This document shows positions 8,824-16,604 of a DNA stretch of 64,000 bases, one piece after another. The notes beneath the pieces were generated by a model. That model was not told where the DNA came from and did no database searches. It was given only the letters and a program-made list of their open reading frames with translations. Source of the DNA: a virus. The stretch spans positions 1 to 64,000 of IMG/VR virus record IMGVR_UViG_3300027749_000089; one strand, written 5' to 3'. Position 1 is the first letter of the stretch. Each line of letters begins with the position of its first letter. The translations under genes were made by a program, and so were the position numbers.

Positions 8824-10175
8824 CAAGTGATAACGTATACGATTTATTACAAGCAATAGCGCAACAGCCATCTAAAAATGAAAAGATTATAATGTTAGCA
8901 TATGGTCTTGAAGATGAGATGTTTGAAGATATTATATGGCATGCATATGACCCATTCATCATGTATGGTATTAGAAATGTAGAAGAGCCTTTCAAAAATG
9001 GTCGGGATATGTTTAATGATTCTACATTTACTTTGTTAGATAACTTAGCTAAGAGAAGGTTAACAGGTAATCATGCAAAGGCAAACATTAACGATCACTT
9101 GCAAACACTAACATCTAAATCTCAAGTTTTATTCTGTCAAATTCTTAATAAAAGTTTAGATGCTGGCTTTGATGTGAAATCTATTAACAAGGCAAAGCAA
9201 TCTGAATTCATACCTATTAAGAAATATATGCGGTTTAGCCTTCCTAAGAATGTTAAGATGGATAAGTTTCCATTTCCTGCATTCTCCCAAGAAAAGGCTA
9301 ATGGCTTGTTTGTAAACATCACTAAGAGTGCTGGTGATATTTCAATGTTATCACGTAATTACCAGCCAATGAATGTCTATGAGTACTATGATCTGATATT
9401 TGAATTAAGTCCTCATATGAAAGATGGATATCAGTATCATGGTGAATTATTAGTAGAAGTGAACGGGGAGATCCTAGAGCGTAAGACCAGTAATGGTATT
9501 ATACGTAGAGTTAATTTAGGCGGTAGTTTTAAAACGGAAGAAAAACCCGTATTCATGGTTTGGGATCGAGTAAAATTGTCAGGTATTGCTAACGGAACAG
9601 ATGATGAGCCTTATTACTCTAGATTGAATAATTTACACTTTGACTTACTACACTTATCTGATGTTAATCTAGGCATTGCATGTAAATGGACTCGAATAAT
9701 TGATACTCGAAATGTAAATAACCTTCAAGAAGCAGAAACGCATTTCATAGAACTTGTTAGACAAGGTAAAGAAGGCAGTATGCTTAAGAAACAAGATATG
9801 CTATGGAGAGATGGCACTACAACTAATGGTGTTAAGTTTAAGAAAGAGTTTGAGTGTGAGTTAAGAGTCATTGAATTTATACCGGGCACTGGTGCTAATA
9901 AAGATACATTTGGCTCATTATTATGTGTAACAGAAGATGGCGATTTAAGTGTTGGTGTGGGTAATTTAACAGACGCATTAACAGCAGAAATTTGTAAAAA
10001 CAGTGGAGACTGGTTATACGCAATTATAGGTGTAACATACTCAGAGGTGATTTGCGATGAGAAAGGAAATTATTCTTTATTTGAGCCTAAGTTCATTGAG
10101 AGACGCTACGATAAAGATGAAGCAGATACTCTAGAACATTTGTTGAACATTCAGGAGGGTATATATGACGTTTAA
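8820..10175 (+). CDS. ATP-dependent DNA ligase (T4-like)
   Basis: Motif I QEKANG, III HGELLV, IIIa FMVWD, IV EGSMLK, V KFK, and an OB-fold tail ending LFEPKFIERRYDK. Confidence 0.9.
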   Translation: MTSDNVYDLLQAIAQQPSKNEKIIMLAYGLEDEMFEDIIWHAYDPFIMYGIRNVEEPFKNGRDMFNDSTFTLLDNLAKRRLTGNHAKANINDHLQTLTSKSQVLFCQILNKSLDAGFDVKSINKAKQSEFIPIKKYMRFSLPKNVKMDKFPFPAFSQEKANGLFVNITKSAGDISMLSRNYQPMNVYEYYDLIFELSPHMKDGYQYHGELLVEVNGEILERKTSNGIIRRVNLGGSFKTEEKPVFMVWDRVKLSGIANGTDDEPYYSRLNNLHFDLLHLSDVNLGIACKWTRIIDTRNVNNLQEAETHFIELVRQGKEGSMLKKQDMLWRDGTTTNGVKFKKEFECELRVIEFIPGTGANKDTFGSLLCVTEDGDLSVGVGNLTDALTAEICKNSGDWLYAIIGVTYSEVICDEKGNYSLFEPKFIERRYDKDEADTLEHLLNIQEGIYDV

Positions 10176-10293
10176 AGAAATTAGTGATATCATTGTGCAA
10201 ACCTCTTACGATATAATAATAGTATCTACAGCAGTATTTATAGTGTGTGGATTAGTGATTGTAGTTAAAATATTATGGAAAGAGAATGATTAG
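10165..10293 (+). CDS. Small single-TM membrane protein (42 aa)
   Basis: AGGAGG RBS upstream; hydrophobic stretch IIIVSTAVFIVCGLVIVVKILW. Confidence 0.6.
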   Translation: MTFKEISDIIVQTSYDIIIVSTAVFIVCGLVIVVKILWKEND

Positions 10294-10447
10294 CCCAATA
10301 GAGCTTTATAAAGGCCATTTAACTATACTAGTAATAGAAAAGAAACAATCTATTAAATTATTAGAACTAGAGCTAGATAATGCAAGAAGACAGTTTCGTA
10401 ATTTAATTAGAATTCAAGAGGAAATCGAAAATGAAAATAAAACTTAA
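10286..10447 (+). CDS. Small coiled-coil hypothetical protein (53 aa)
   Basis: Hand-translated ORF overlapping both neighbours and filling the gap. Confidence 0.5.
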   Translation: MISPIELYKGHLTILVIEKKQSIKLLELELDNARRQFRNLIRIQEEIENENKT

Positions 10448-11303
10448 CAAGAAGTATAGAACACGTGGTGGTAAAGTAGTAAAAGTGGATAAGATGGTAA
10501 AAAGTGAAGTATATCCATTTTGTACAGATGCCGGCTACTCAGTTACAGCGGAGGGCAAGAGATTTGGTTTTATGGAATCTGAGTTTGATTTGGTGGAACG
10601 CATATATAAGTTTGAGTTTAAAGCTGGTCGTCAATACTTTACACACGAAGGAAATCCTGTAACATTAACAGATATAGAGCATTATGGTAGATATGTATTT
10701 AGTGGTGATAATGGTTATGACTACACAATAGATGGTAAAATGTATATTGATACAAAGTCTGAGTGCGATTTGCTGAGACCTCCTAAAATTAAAGTAGGGC
10801 GTACGTATATAACACGTAATGGTCAAATAGCTAATATAACAAAAGCAACCAGTGATATAGGCTTTTATAGATATGAGTACCGTACGCCTAATGGTTGTAA
10901 GTTTGGTGTAAGTAAATATGGTGAAATATTTGAAAATGAACAGACTGATTATGACATAGTTGATGTATATAAGCTAGAGGACAAAAAACTTTATGTTGAT
11001 GACAAAGATCATGTATATAGAGCTGAATTAGGGGTTGTAACTAAGTTGACAGGACTTCTCAGAGGCCAACAATTTACTGTTTCAGATATGAATCTTGTAA
11101 AAGAATTCAATGGACTTTGCCTGGAAGTTGGTGGCATTTATGTAAATGAACGTAATGACAAATATGAGATAATACACATTAGGAATGATGAACATGTTGT
11201 CGCAATGGACGTAAATGATGATTCCTTACGTACATATACACGTGGGGGTTATTACAATGACTGTGGCGTTTACAGTAATGAAGACTTAATAATGAGGGTT
11301 TAA
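10431..11303 (+). CDS. Hypothetical protein with 4-5 tandem copies of a ~55-aa repeat domain
   Basis: Recurrent [KR]-x-Y-x-T-x2-G ... G ... DL[VI] pattern. Confidence 0.8.
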   Translation: MKIKLNKKYRTRGGKVVKVDKMVKSEVYPFCTDAGYSVTAEGKRFGFMESEFDLVERIYKFEFKAGRQYFTHEGNPVTLTDIEHYGRYVFSGDNGYDYTIDGKMYIDTKSECDLLRPPKIKVGRTYITRNGQIANITKATSDIGFYRYEYRTPNGCKFGVSKYGEIFENEQTDYDIVDVYKLEDKKLYVDDKDHVYRAELGVVTKLTGLLRGQQFTVSDMNLVKEFNGLCLEVGGIYVNERNDKYEIIHIRNDEHVVAMDVNDDSLRTYTRGGYYNDCGVYSNEDLIMRV

Positions 11304-11305
11304 TA

Positions 11306-11410
11306 ATGGAACTTGATACAAATTGGGATACATCAAACAGTGAAGATGATGACTGGATTGACGATGATGAAGAAGAACTTGATACAGATTGGGATGAGGA
11401 GGAAGAATGA
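11306..11410 (+). CDS. 34-aa hyper-acidic peptide MELDTNWDTSNSEDDDWIDDDEEELDTDWDEEEE
   Basis: GAGG upstream; ATGA overlap with the next gene; 20 of 34 residues are D/E. Confidence 0.6.
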   Translation: MELDTNWDTSNSEDDDWIDDDEEELDTDWDEEEE

Positions 11411-11664
11411 GTGATTATGTAGAAATGCTTAAAGAAGGCGTACACATTTCAGATTTATTGAACGCCAATTCGGGCAATGTAGGTGATATAGGGGAGCTAC
11501 TGCAATTGGCTGCTATTCATATTGAGAACCTAGAGGCTGATTTAAAAGATACAAAAGAGTATTTTGCAAAGTTTGATAAAATTGCTAAAACTATTAATTA
11601 TAATAGTACTGCACTTGAGGAAACATTAAGTATAGCCAAAACATTTCGGAGAGTTAAATTATGA
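11407..11664 (+). CDS. Hypothetical protein
   Basis: 85-aa ORF with GAGGAGG RBS, coupled to its neighbours. Confidence 0.7.
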   Translation: MSDYVEMLKEGVHISDLLNANSGNVGDIGELLQLAAIHIENLEADLKDTKEYFAKFDKIAKTINYNSTALEETLSIAKTFRRVKL

Positions 11665-11810
11665 TTTTAGGCAGATTAACTGAAGCACAAGAATTAGACT
11701 ATTCACCCGAACCAGAAGAAGAAAACTGGGAAGAAGACGGTGATCGTATCTTAGGGGCGCATGGCTATAATAGAAACTGCATGTGCTATTCATGCAATCC
11801 ACCGGGGTAG
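11661..11810 (+). CDS. 49-aa acidic peptide with a C-terminal H-x5-C-x-C-x2-C putative Zn site
   Basis: Hand translation MILGRLTEAQELDYSPEPEEENWEEDGDRILGAHGYNRNCMCYSCNPPG; GGAG RBS; ATGA overlap. Confidence 0.6.
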   Translation: MILGRLTEAQELDYSPEPEEENWEEDGDRILGAHGYNRNCMCYSCNPPG

Positions 11811-11813
11811 GTT

Positions 11814-12023
11814 ATGAAAGTCGAAATTCAAAAAAAGTACAAAACGCGATGTGGCTTCAAAACTGAAGTACATCAAATCATCACATCAGTTAAGACCGAT
11901 TATCCAGTGTTAGGGCGTTATTATGACACCGATTATGCAGAATGGATTGATGAAAGATGGATGTTAGATGGGCGATGCGATGAAAGTATTGTAGATAATG
12001 ATTTAGATTTAGTTGCGCAATAA
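11814..12023 (+). CDS. Single-copy member of the ~55-aa repeat-domain family
   Basis: KKYKTRCG...YPVLG...W..DG...DLDLV. Confidence 0.75.
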   Translation: MKVEIQKKYKTRCGFKTEVHQIITSVKTDYPVLGRYYDTDYAEWIDERWMLDGRCDESIVDNDLDLVAQ

Positions 12024-12035
12024 GGGATATCTTAT

Positions 12036-12269
12036 ATGAAATCGTTAACAAACCAAGAGGTTAAGAACATGTTACACAAATTTGATTTAATATCTGCTAT
12101 TATTGGAATGATGATAGCAATAGCTGTATCGGTAGTGGTAGTTGATATGAAGTACGAAGACTATCGTCAAGTCCACCAAACTAATATTGGTGGTGTTGTA
12201 ATTGAAGGCAAGCACATTTATGAGCTTGTTGAATTAAGTGATCCAAGCCAAGGGGTAGTAAGAAAATGA
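12036..12269 (+). CDS. Small membrane protein
   Basis: One hydrophobic helix, LISAIIGMMIAIAVSVVVV. Confidence 0.65.
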   Translation: MKSLTNQEVKNMLHKFDLISAIIGMMIAIAVSVVVVDMKYEDYRQVHQTNIGGVVIEGKHIYELVELSDPSQGVVRK

Positions 12270-12610
12270 TAAATATCAATAAGCAATATAAAACCTGTTG
12301 TGGATTCCCTGTCGTGCTATTAGCAATGGTAGACAAGCAGTATACGGTAAGTCCGTATACTGTAATTGGTCTCTACAAGGATGAAGATAGAGGTTGGGAG
12401 CTTGGGACGTGGTCTGATAAAGGATATTTCAATATTGATGATGCAGATATTGGCAGCCCGCTGAATTTGGTTGAAATCAGCGATGAATCGCCTGTCGTGC
12501 CAGCAGGCGTGCAGGTGCCCAAATTTGGGCCAGAAACTGGGGCAGAGCTGGCAACCGCGTCTGAGGCATGCCTGCAGGGATGGGCCAGATTTATCGTGCC
12601 ACCTGCGTAG
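12266..12610 (+). CDS. Repeat-domain family protein whose C-terminal tail runs into a GC-rich element
   Basis: KQYKTCCG...YTVIG...WSDKG...LNLVEI, then an atypical GC-rich tail. Confidence 0.65.
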   Translation: MININKQYKTCCGFPVVLLAMVDKQYTVSPYTVIGLYKDEDRGWELGTWSDKGYFNIDDADIGSPLNLVEISDESPVVPAGVQVPKFGPETGAELATASEACLQGWARFIVPPA

Positions 12611-12620
12611 CAAAAGCAGG
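12489..12620. other. GC-rich, palindrome-dense island (candidate structured RNA or cis element)
   Basis: 80 of 130 bases G+C over 12491-12620 by hand count. Palindromes GCCCAAATTTGGGC (12517-12530) and AGGCATGCCT (12564-12573); long-range GCAGGTG/CACCTGC pairing (12511-12517 with 12600-12606). Confidence 0.5.
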
Positions 12621-12656
12621 CCATTAACGGGTTCGGGTTGTAATGCGAGTGTGCCA

Positions 12657-12675
12657 ACCCCGTTAAATTAACCCT
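12657..12675 (+). promoter_or_regulatory. 19-bp conserved motif copy 1 (candidate phage-RNAP promoter)
   Basis: ACCCCGTTAAATTAACCCT, exact in five same-orientation copies at gene-module boundaries. Confidence 0.7.
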
Positions 12676-12695
12676 AATTTCAAAAAATAAAAAAG

Positions 12696-12724
12696 TTGAA
12701 GTTAGAAATCCCATCTCGTATTAT
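12696..12724 (+). promoter_or_regulatory. Sigma70-like promoter with A-tract UP element
   Basis: TTGAAG, 17-bp spacer, TATTAT, preceded by an AAAAAATAAAAAA tract, upstream of gene 12798. Confidence 0.55.
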
Positions 12725-12797
12725 TAATGGCAAAAGCGCACCATAATGGAACCGCACGATACATACTTTATATTAATTTATTATTAAGGAATTTATC

Positions 12798-13412
12798 ATG
12801 TCAGTTCAAATCCAACAAGCATTCGTAGTAAACGGTCAAACATTTGCAACTAAAGCAGAAGCATTAAACTTTGTTAGACGTCCATTGATTTTAGCAGCTA
12901 TGTTAACAGCTGTAAGTAATCAAACAGACGTTGCAGAATGGTTAGTTGATAACCAAGACACAGTTGAATCTGCTTTCGAAAGTGGTACTATTCGTCGTGT
13001 GACTAAATCTGATTATAACAAATTGGAAAAAGCACTTGCAGAAATCACTTCAGGTTTCTTATTTGACAATGCAAAATCTGTCTTAGATTCGTTCAGATGG
13101 CCTGCTGTAAAACGTTTAACTGCTGAAGAAAAAGTAGAAGCCGCTAAAACAGAAATCTTACAAGCATCAGGTAATCCTGAACTTGCTGATTATGTTGTTA
13201 GTAACTCTACTGCTATCTTGGAAGCTTATAGCGCTGGTGTTGAAAAACGCGAAGTGTCACCTAAAGCTGCTGCTGGTTTAGCAGAATACCAAGCTAAGAA
13301 ACGTGCTGAAGAAGATGCAGAAGCTGAGTCTAAAGGCCCAGAAGCTGTAGCTGAATTGGCTGCAAAACGTGAAGCTAATCGTTTAAAACGTGAAGCAAAA
13401 GCTGGTAAGTAA
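12798..13412 (+). CDS. Hypothetical protein, probably highly expressed and monocistronic
   Basis: TAAGGA RBS, strongly biased codons (CGT, GCT, AAC, TTC), own promoter elements and terminator, internal helical duplication. Confidence 0.85.
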   Translation: MSVQIQQAFVVNGQTFATKAEALNFVRRPLILAAMLTAVSNQTDVAEWLVDNQDTVESAFESGTIRRVTKSDYNKLEKALAEITSGFLFDNAKSVLDSFRWPAVKRLTAEEKVEAAKTEILQASGNPELADYVVSNSTAILEAYSAGVEKREVSPKAAAGLAEYQAKKRAEEDAEAESKGPEAVAELAAKREANRLKREAKAGK

Positions 13413-13424
13413 TTTTTAACAAAC

Positions 13425-13454
13425 ACCCCTTGACCTTAATGGTTGAGGGGTTTT
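13425..13454 (+). terminator. Rho-independent terminator
   Basis: ACCCCTTGACC-TTAAT-GGTTGAGGGGT stem (two G-U pairs) followed by a T-run. Confidence 0.75.
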
Positions 13455-13477
13455 AATCAAAAACTGGAGATAAAGAA

Positions 13478-14155
13478 ATGATGAGATATTTAACAGCATA
13501 TACAAACAACAGCGTGCGTCTTCAAGTTGAAGATATTGCTCGTAAGGAATTTAAAACATTAGTACAAGTAGCGAATGAACTGATAATCCAGGGCATTGAA
13601 CTAGTCACTATTCAAGACCTTATGGTAACATCTCGTGAAGCAACAATACGTGGTCAAATGCCATTAAAAACTTACATTGAATTAGTTGATAAAATACCTT
13701 TTGTTTCTTATAAACAAAAAGGAAAATGCAACGAGTATCTTGGCTTGGCAATAGAAAAAGCTTTAAAAGCACGCCCTAGAAATGCTATTGTAGATCTTGA
13801 ATATAAAACTTTAAAATGTTCTCTTAACTCTCACATAGACCTGCTAAAGCTTTTATACCCTAATTGTAAAGTCGATGGGATGGAAGTTAAAGTTTCTATT
13901 GGTAGTGATCAAGCATTCTTGCGTTTAAAAGAAATTATCTCTACTCAACCAGGTATTAAACTTAACACTGATCCTACATCTGGTACATTTAGTATTATAA
14001 GTTCAGAAGGTAGGGTTGCTAAGTTTAGAAGAAATGATTATGAATTCTTATTAGAGATTAAAGAGGGGTCTATATTGATTCTAGCTGATAACATCTCTGA
14101 AAATGAGTTAATTGCATTAGGACGCGATGTGTTGGACTTTATTAATCGAGGTTAA
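13478..14155 (+). CDS. Hypothetical protein, possibly with tandem ribbon-helix-helix-like N-terminal segments
   Basis: GGAG RBS. VRLQVEDIARKEFKTLVQVANELIIQGI resembles Arc/MetJ-type helices (weak). Confidence 0.6.
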   Translation: MMRYLTAYTNNSVRLQVEDIARKEFKTLVQVANELIIQGIELVTIQDLMVTSREATIRGQMPLKTYIELVDKIPFVSYKQKGKCNEYLGLAIEKALKARPRNAIVDLEYKTLKCSLNSHIDLLKLLYPNCKVDGMEVKVSIGSDQAFLRLKEIISTQPGIKLNTDPTSGTFSIISSEGRVAKFRRNDYEFLLEIKEGSILILADNISENELIALGRDVLDFINRG

Positions 14156-14157
14156 TT

Positions 14158-14511
14158 ATGAAAGAATTTGAAGTTTTGATTAAAGAAAGGTATTTTATTT
14201 ATAATGCTATTAATGGCACAATTACAAGGCATAATGGCGCTAATGCATGTCTTACACAAAGCGTTGGTAAAAATAGAGGTGTGCGCCATGTAGTTCGTGT
14301 ACCAGGTTCTGCGAAAAAACAAACATCTGCAGCGCGTGTTGCGTGGAGATTGTATTACGGGGAATGGCCTAATGAGCCTATAGCGTTTAAAGACAAAGAC
14401 TCATTTAACATCAGAATCACTAACATGTATACTTTAAACAGCCCATTACCAATCATGGGCAAATTTTCAACACTACTAAATGGTATTTCAAATGAATCAA
14501 AAAGAAGCTAG
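14158..14511 (+). CDS. Degenerate HNH-endonuclease-like protein
   Basis: YNAINGTI...AARVAWRLYYGEWP..IAFKDKDSFNIRITNM matches the phage HNH scaffold but lacks the catalytic His. Confidence 0.65.
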   Translation: MKEFEVLIKERYFIYNAINGTITRHNGANACLTQSVGKNRGVRHVVRVPGSAKKQTSAARVAWRLYYGEWPNEPIAFKDKDSFNIRITNMYTLNSPLPIMGKFSTLLNGISNESKRS

Positions 14512-14953
14512 AAAATTATTCGATTATGACGCGATAACAGGTTGTTTATATTGGAGAGATTCAAAATTTAAGCAAAGCCATAATGCTGTAAGATTCGATC
14601 CTGATAGAAATCGAATCATTCAGGTAAACCATAGGATGTATGTTGCGGCACGACTTGTGTGGACATATCATCATGGCGATGAACTTACACAATTAGATTA
14701 TCTGGGCTATGTTGACAATAATAAACAAAACACTAGAATTGAAAATCTATATCTGAAAGATGGCACAAGCTTTAAAAGTGTTTATAGAAATATTAAACCA
14801 ACAGTATCAGCTGAGAGGGTTGTGTATGATGTCGCTATCAATCACAAAGGTAAAGTTATTTCAAAAAGATGTAGAACACTAACAGAGGCATTAGAGTATA
14901 GAAATGCCCAACGAAGTGAACTTGGTATGAAATTTATTGGGATGGACGTATGA
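14492..14953 (+). CDS. Degenerate HNH protein with AP2-like C-terminal DNA-binding domain
   Basis: LFDYDAITGCLYW, AARLVWTYHHG, LGYVDNNKQNTRIENL (DH replaced by GY), C-terminal YDVAINHKGK...EALEYRN. Confidence 0.65.
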   Translation: MNQKEARKLFDYDAITGCLYWRDSKFKQSHNAVRFDPDRNRIIQVNHRMYVAARLVWTYHHGDELTQLDYLGYVDNNKQNTRIENLYLKDGTSFKSVYRNIKPTVSAERVVYDVAINHKGKVISKRCRTLTEALEYRNAQRSELGMKFIGMDV

Positions 14954-15162
14954 ACATTATAGTAATTAAGAGTACAGAAGATGAGTTAGTTGTACTCAAT
15001 ATTGACCATATAGAGAGTATACGGCTGTATGTTGAAGATACGACTCATCTTTTAAAGGTTAAAGAGGCAGGCTCAATAAGTTTCAAAACCTACACGATAA
15101 GTTACGAAACATGGCATGAGGTAGCACGTATGCTACGATTCCAATGGTCAAAGTTACAGTAA
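14950..15162 (+). CDS. Hypothetical protein
   Basis: 70-aa ORF with ATGA coupling. VVLNIDHIESI resembles VLINLDRISEV in the 15993 ORF. Confidence 0.6.
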   Translation: MNIIVIKSTEDELVVLNIDHIESIRLYVEDTTHLLKVKEAGSISFKTYTISYETWHEVARMLRFQWSKLQ

Positions 15163-15416
15163 TAACGCTCTTATTACTGTCTAATAGTGTTAACGCCTTC
15201 ACGGGCGTTGACATTGATGGTGATAAGTTTGAGTACAAACACAATATGATGTATTCTGAGAAACCTATTGTCATGGCATGGGTTGGAGATATACTTGGTG
15301 GACATCATATTCATACATTTATTGCAAAAGTGGAGAAGCACAATGTTAAAATTAGAAGTGGGCAAAAAGTACAAAAGCATAGACGGACAGATTTGGGAAG
15401 TCGTGTACATCGGTGA
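15144..15416 (+). CDS. Hypothetical protein with an N-terminal signal-peptide-like segment
   Basis: MVKVTVITLLLLSNSVNA-F looks like a Sec signal with an A-x-A-like cleavage site. Confidence 0.5.
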   Translation: MVKVTVITLLLLSNSVNAFTGVDIDGDKFEYKHNMMYSEKPIVMAWVGDILGGHHIHTFIAKVEKHNVKIRSGQKVQKHRRTDLGSRVHR

Positions 15417-15462
15417 TAAAGATATTACGTATCCTGTTATTTTAGTAGAGGAAGTGAAATGA
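15343..15462 (+). CDS. Truncated repeat-domain family member (39 aa)
   Basis: MLKLEVGKKYKSIDG...YPVI; GGAG RBS upstream. Confidence 0.55.
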   Translation: MLKLEVGKKYKSIDGQIWEVVYIGDKDITYPVILVEEVK

Positions 15463-15626
15463 GTTACTGTGCATTATATTTTATTAGCTTAATTGGTACA
15501 CCATATGTTATCTATGATAACGCTGTGTACTCAAATCAACCAATTCCAGGTATGACAACTATTGTTGCCACCCAAGAGATTCTGGATCACTTCATTGAAC
15601 AAAATGAAGCGACCTGTGGAGAATAA
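15459..15626 (+). CDS. Small hypothetical protein (55 aa)
   Basis: Hand-translated; GAGG RBS; ATGA overlap; stop one base before the next ATG. Confidence 0.5.
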   Translation: MSYCALYFISLIGTPYVIYDNAVYSNQPIPGMTTIVATQEILDHFIEQNEATCGE

Positions 15627-15627
15627 G

Positions 15628-15996
15628 ATGCTTGAAGTAGATAAAGAGTATAACAATCTTAATGGTCAACGTATTCGGATATTATTTAAAGAATACGATC
15701 AGTTTGTAGGCGAGAACATGTTTAATGAAGATCTTGAATGGTACAGTAAAGAAGGTCATGGATATGTTGATTTAGTCTTAGAACAACCACTAGATCTTAA
15801 AGTAGGAGATACATGGTTAGATCACTGGAATAACCACGTGTTTATCGCTAGTATTAGCCCTACAGCACAAAGTGGAAGCTATCCTGTTATCGGCATCATG
15901 TACCCTAACACCATCGGGCACAAAGCAGCATGCTATGCTATAGATGGTAAAGCAGCATGCGCTAGTCACTATCCTTTAAAGGAGAAAATAAAATGA
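15628..15996 (+). CDS. Two-copy repeat-domain family protein
   Basis: MLEVDKEYNNLNG...WYSKEG..DLV / LKVGDTW...YPVIG...YAIDG. Confidence 0.7.
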   Translation: MLEVDKEYNNLNGQRIRILFKEYDQFVGENMFNEDLEWYSKEGHGYVDLVLEQPLDLKVGDTWLDHWNNHVFIASISPTAQSGSYPVIGIMYPNTIGHKAACYAIDGKAACASHYPLKEKIK

Positions 15997-16175
15997 ATTT
16001 TGTAAAAGTCACAGGTGTATTGATTAACCTTGATAGGATCTCAGAAGTGTGCATATCAAAGGTTGGAGAAAACTTTGATGTACGGATATCATATGGTGAT
16101 GTTAATGACTGGTCGAGATATTTTTTAAATGAAGAAGAGCTAGCTAAAATTGAAATTGCAATGGGAGTAAGATGA
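15993..16175 (+). CDS. Hypothetical protein
   Basis: AGGAG RBS; 60 aa; coupled to both neighbours. Confidence 0.65.
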   Translation: MNFVKVTGVLINLDRISEVCISKVGENFDVRISYGDVNDWSRYFLNEEELAKIEIAMGVR

Positions 16176-16540
16176 TGATAGAAGTTGGCAAAGAGTATAG
16201 AAATGGGGACAATCATCGTATTTATATAGTATTTGAAAAAGATGATAAATTTGTTGGTGTTGATTTATTCAATGAAGATCTTGATTGGTATTTTGGGAAT
16301 GGTGTATGTACATCTGTTAATGAATCTAGGTTTAATCTAGTGATGCCTATGAAACTAGAAATCGATCACATATATAGTAACACAGACGATGATCGGTATA
16401 TTGTTAAACATTATGATGGTTATGGTAATTATTGGGCCGCTAGACTTGGTCAAGCGTGTAATGGTTCTTGGTTCTATGAGGATGGTAGATATTATAAACA
16501 CGAAGAAACAAGTCATGATTTAATTAAAGAGGTATTCTGA
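16172..16540 (+). CDS. Two-copy repeat-domain family protein, close paralogue of 15628
   Basis: Shares FVG..[ML]FNEDL[ED]WY with 15628; second copy ends WFYEDG...HDLI. Confidence 0.75.
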   Translation: MMIEVGKEYRNGDNHRIYIVFEKDDKFVGVDLFNEDLDWYFGNGVCTSVNESRFNLVMPMKLEIDHIYSNTDDDRYIVKHYDGYGNYWAARLGQACNGSWFYEDGRYYKHEETSHDLIKEVF

Positions 16541-16553
16541 ATTAACCTTTCCC

Positions 16554-16601
16554 CCTCCTACTGCCCTTCGGGGTGGTAGGAGGCCCCTTATTTTTTTTTT
16601 T
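16554..16601 (+). terminator. Strong hairpin plus T-tract closing the accessory region
   Basis: CCTCCTACTGCCC-TTCG-GGGTGGTAGGAGG, then T11 at 16591-16601. Confidence 0.75.
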
Positions 16602-16604
16602 CTT

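Noticed and set aside
12666-12675. Motif as a true T3 promoter or vector contamination
   Set aside because: Only AATTAACCCT matches. The CACTAAAGGG half is missing in all five copies, and each has the same extra ACCCCGTTA 5' part in native context.
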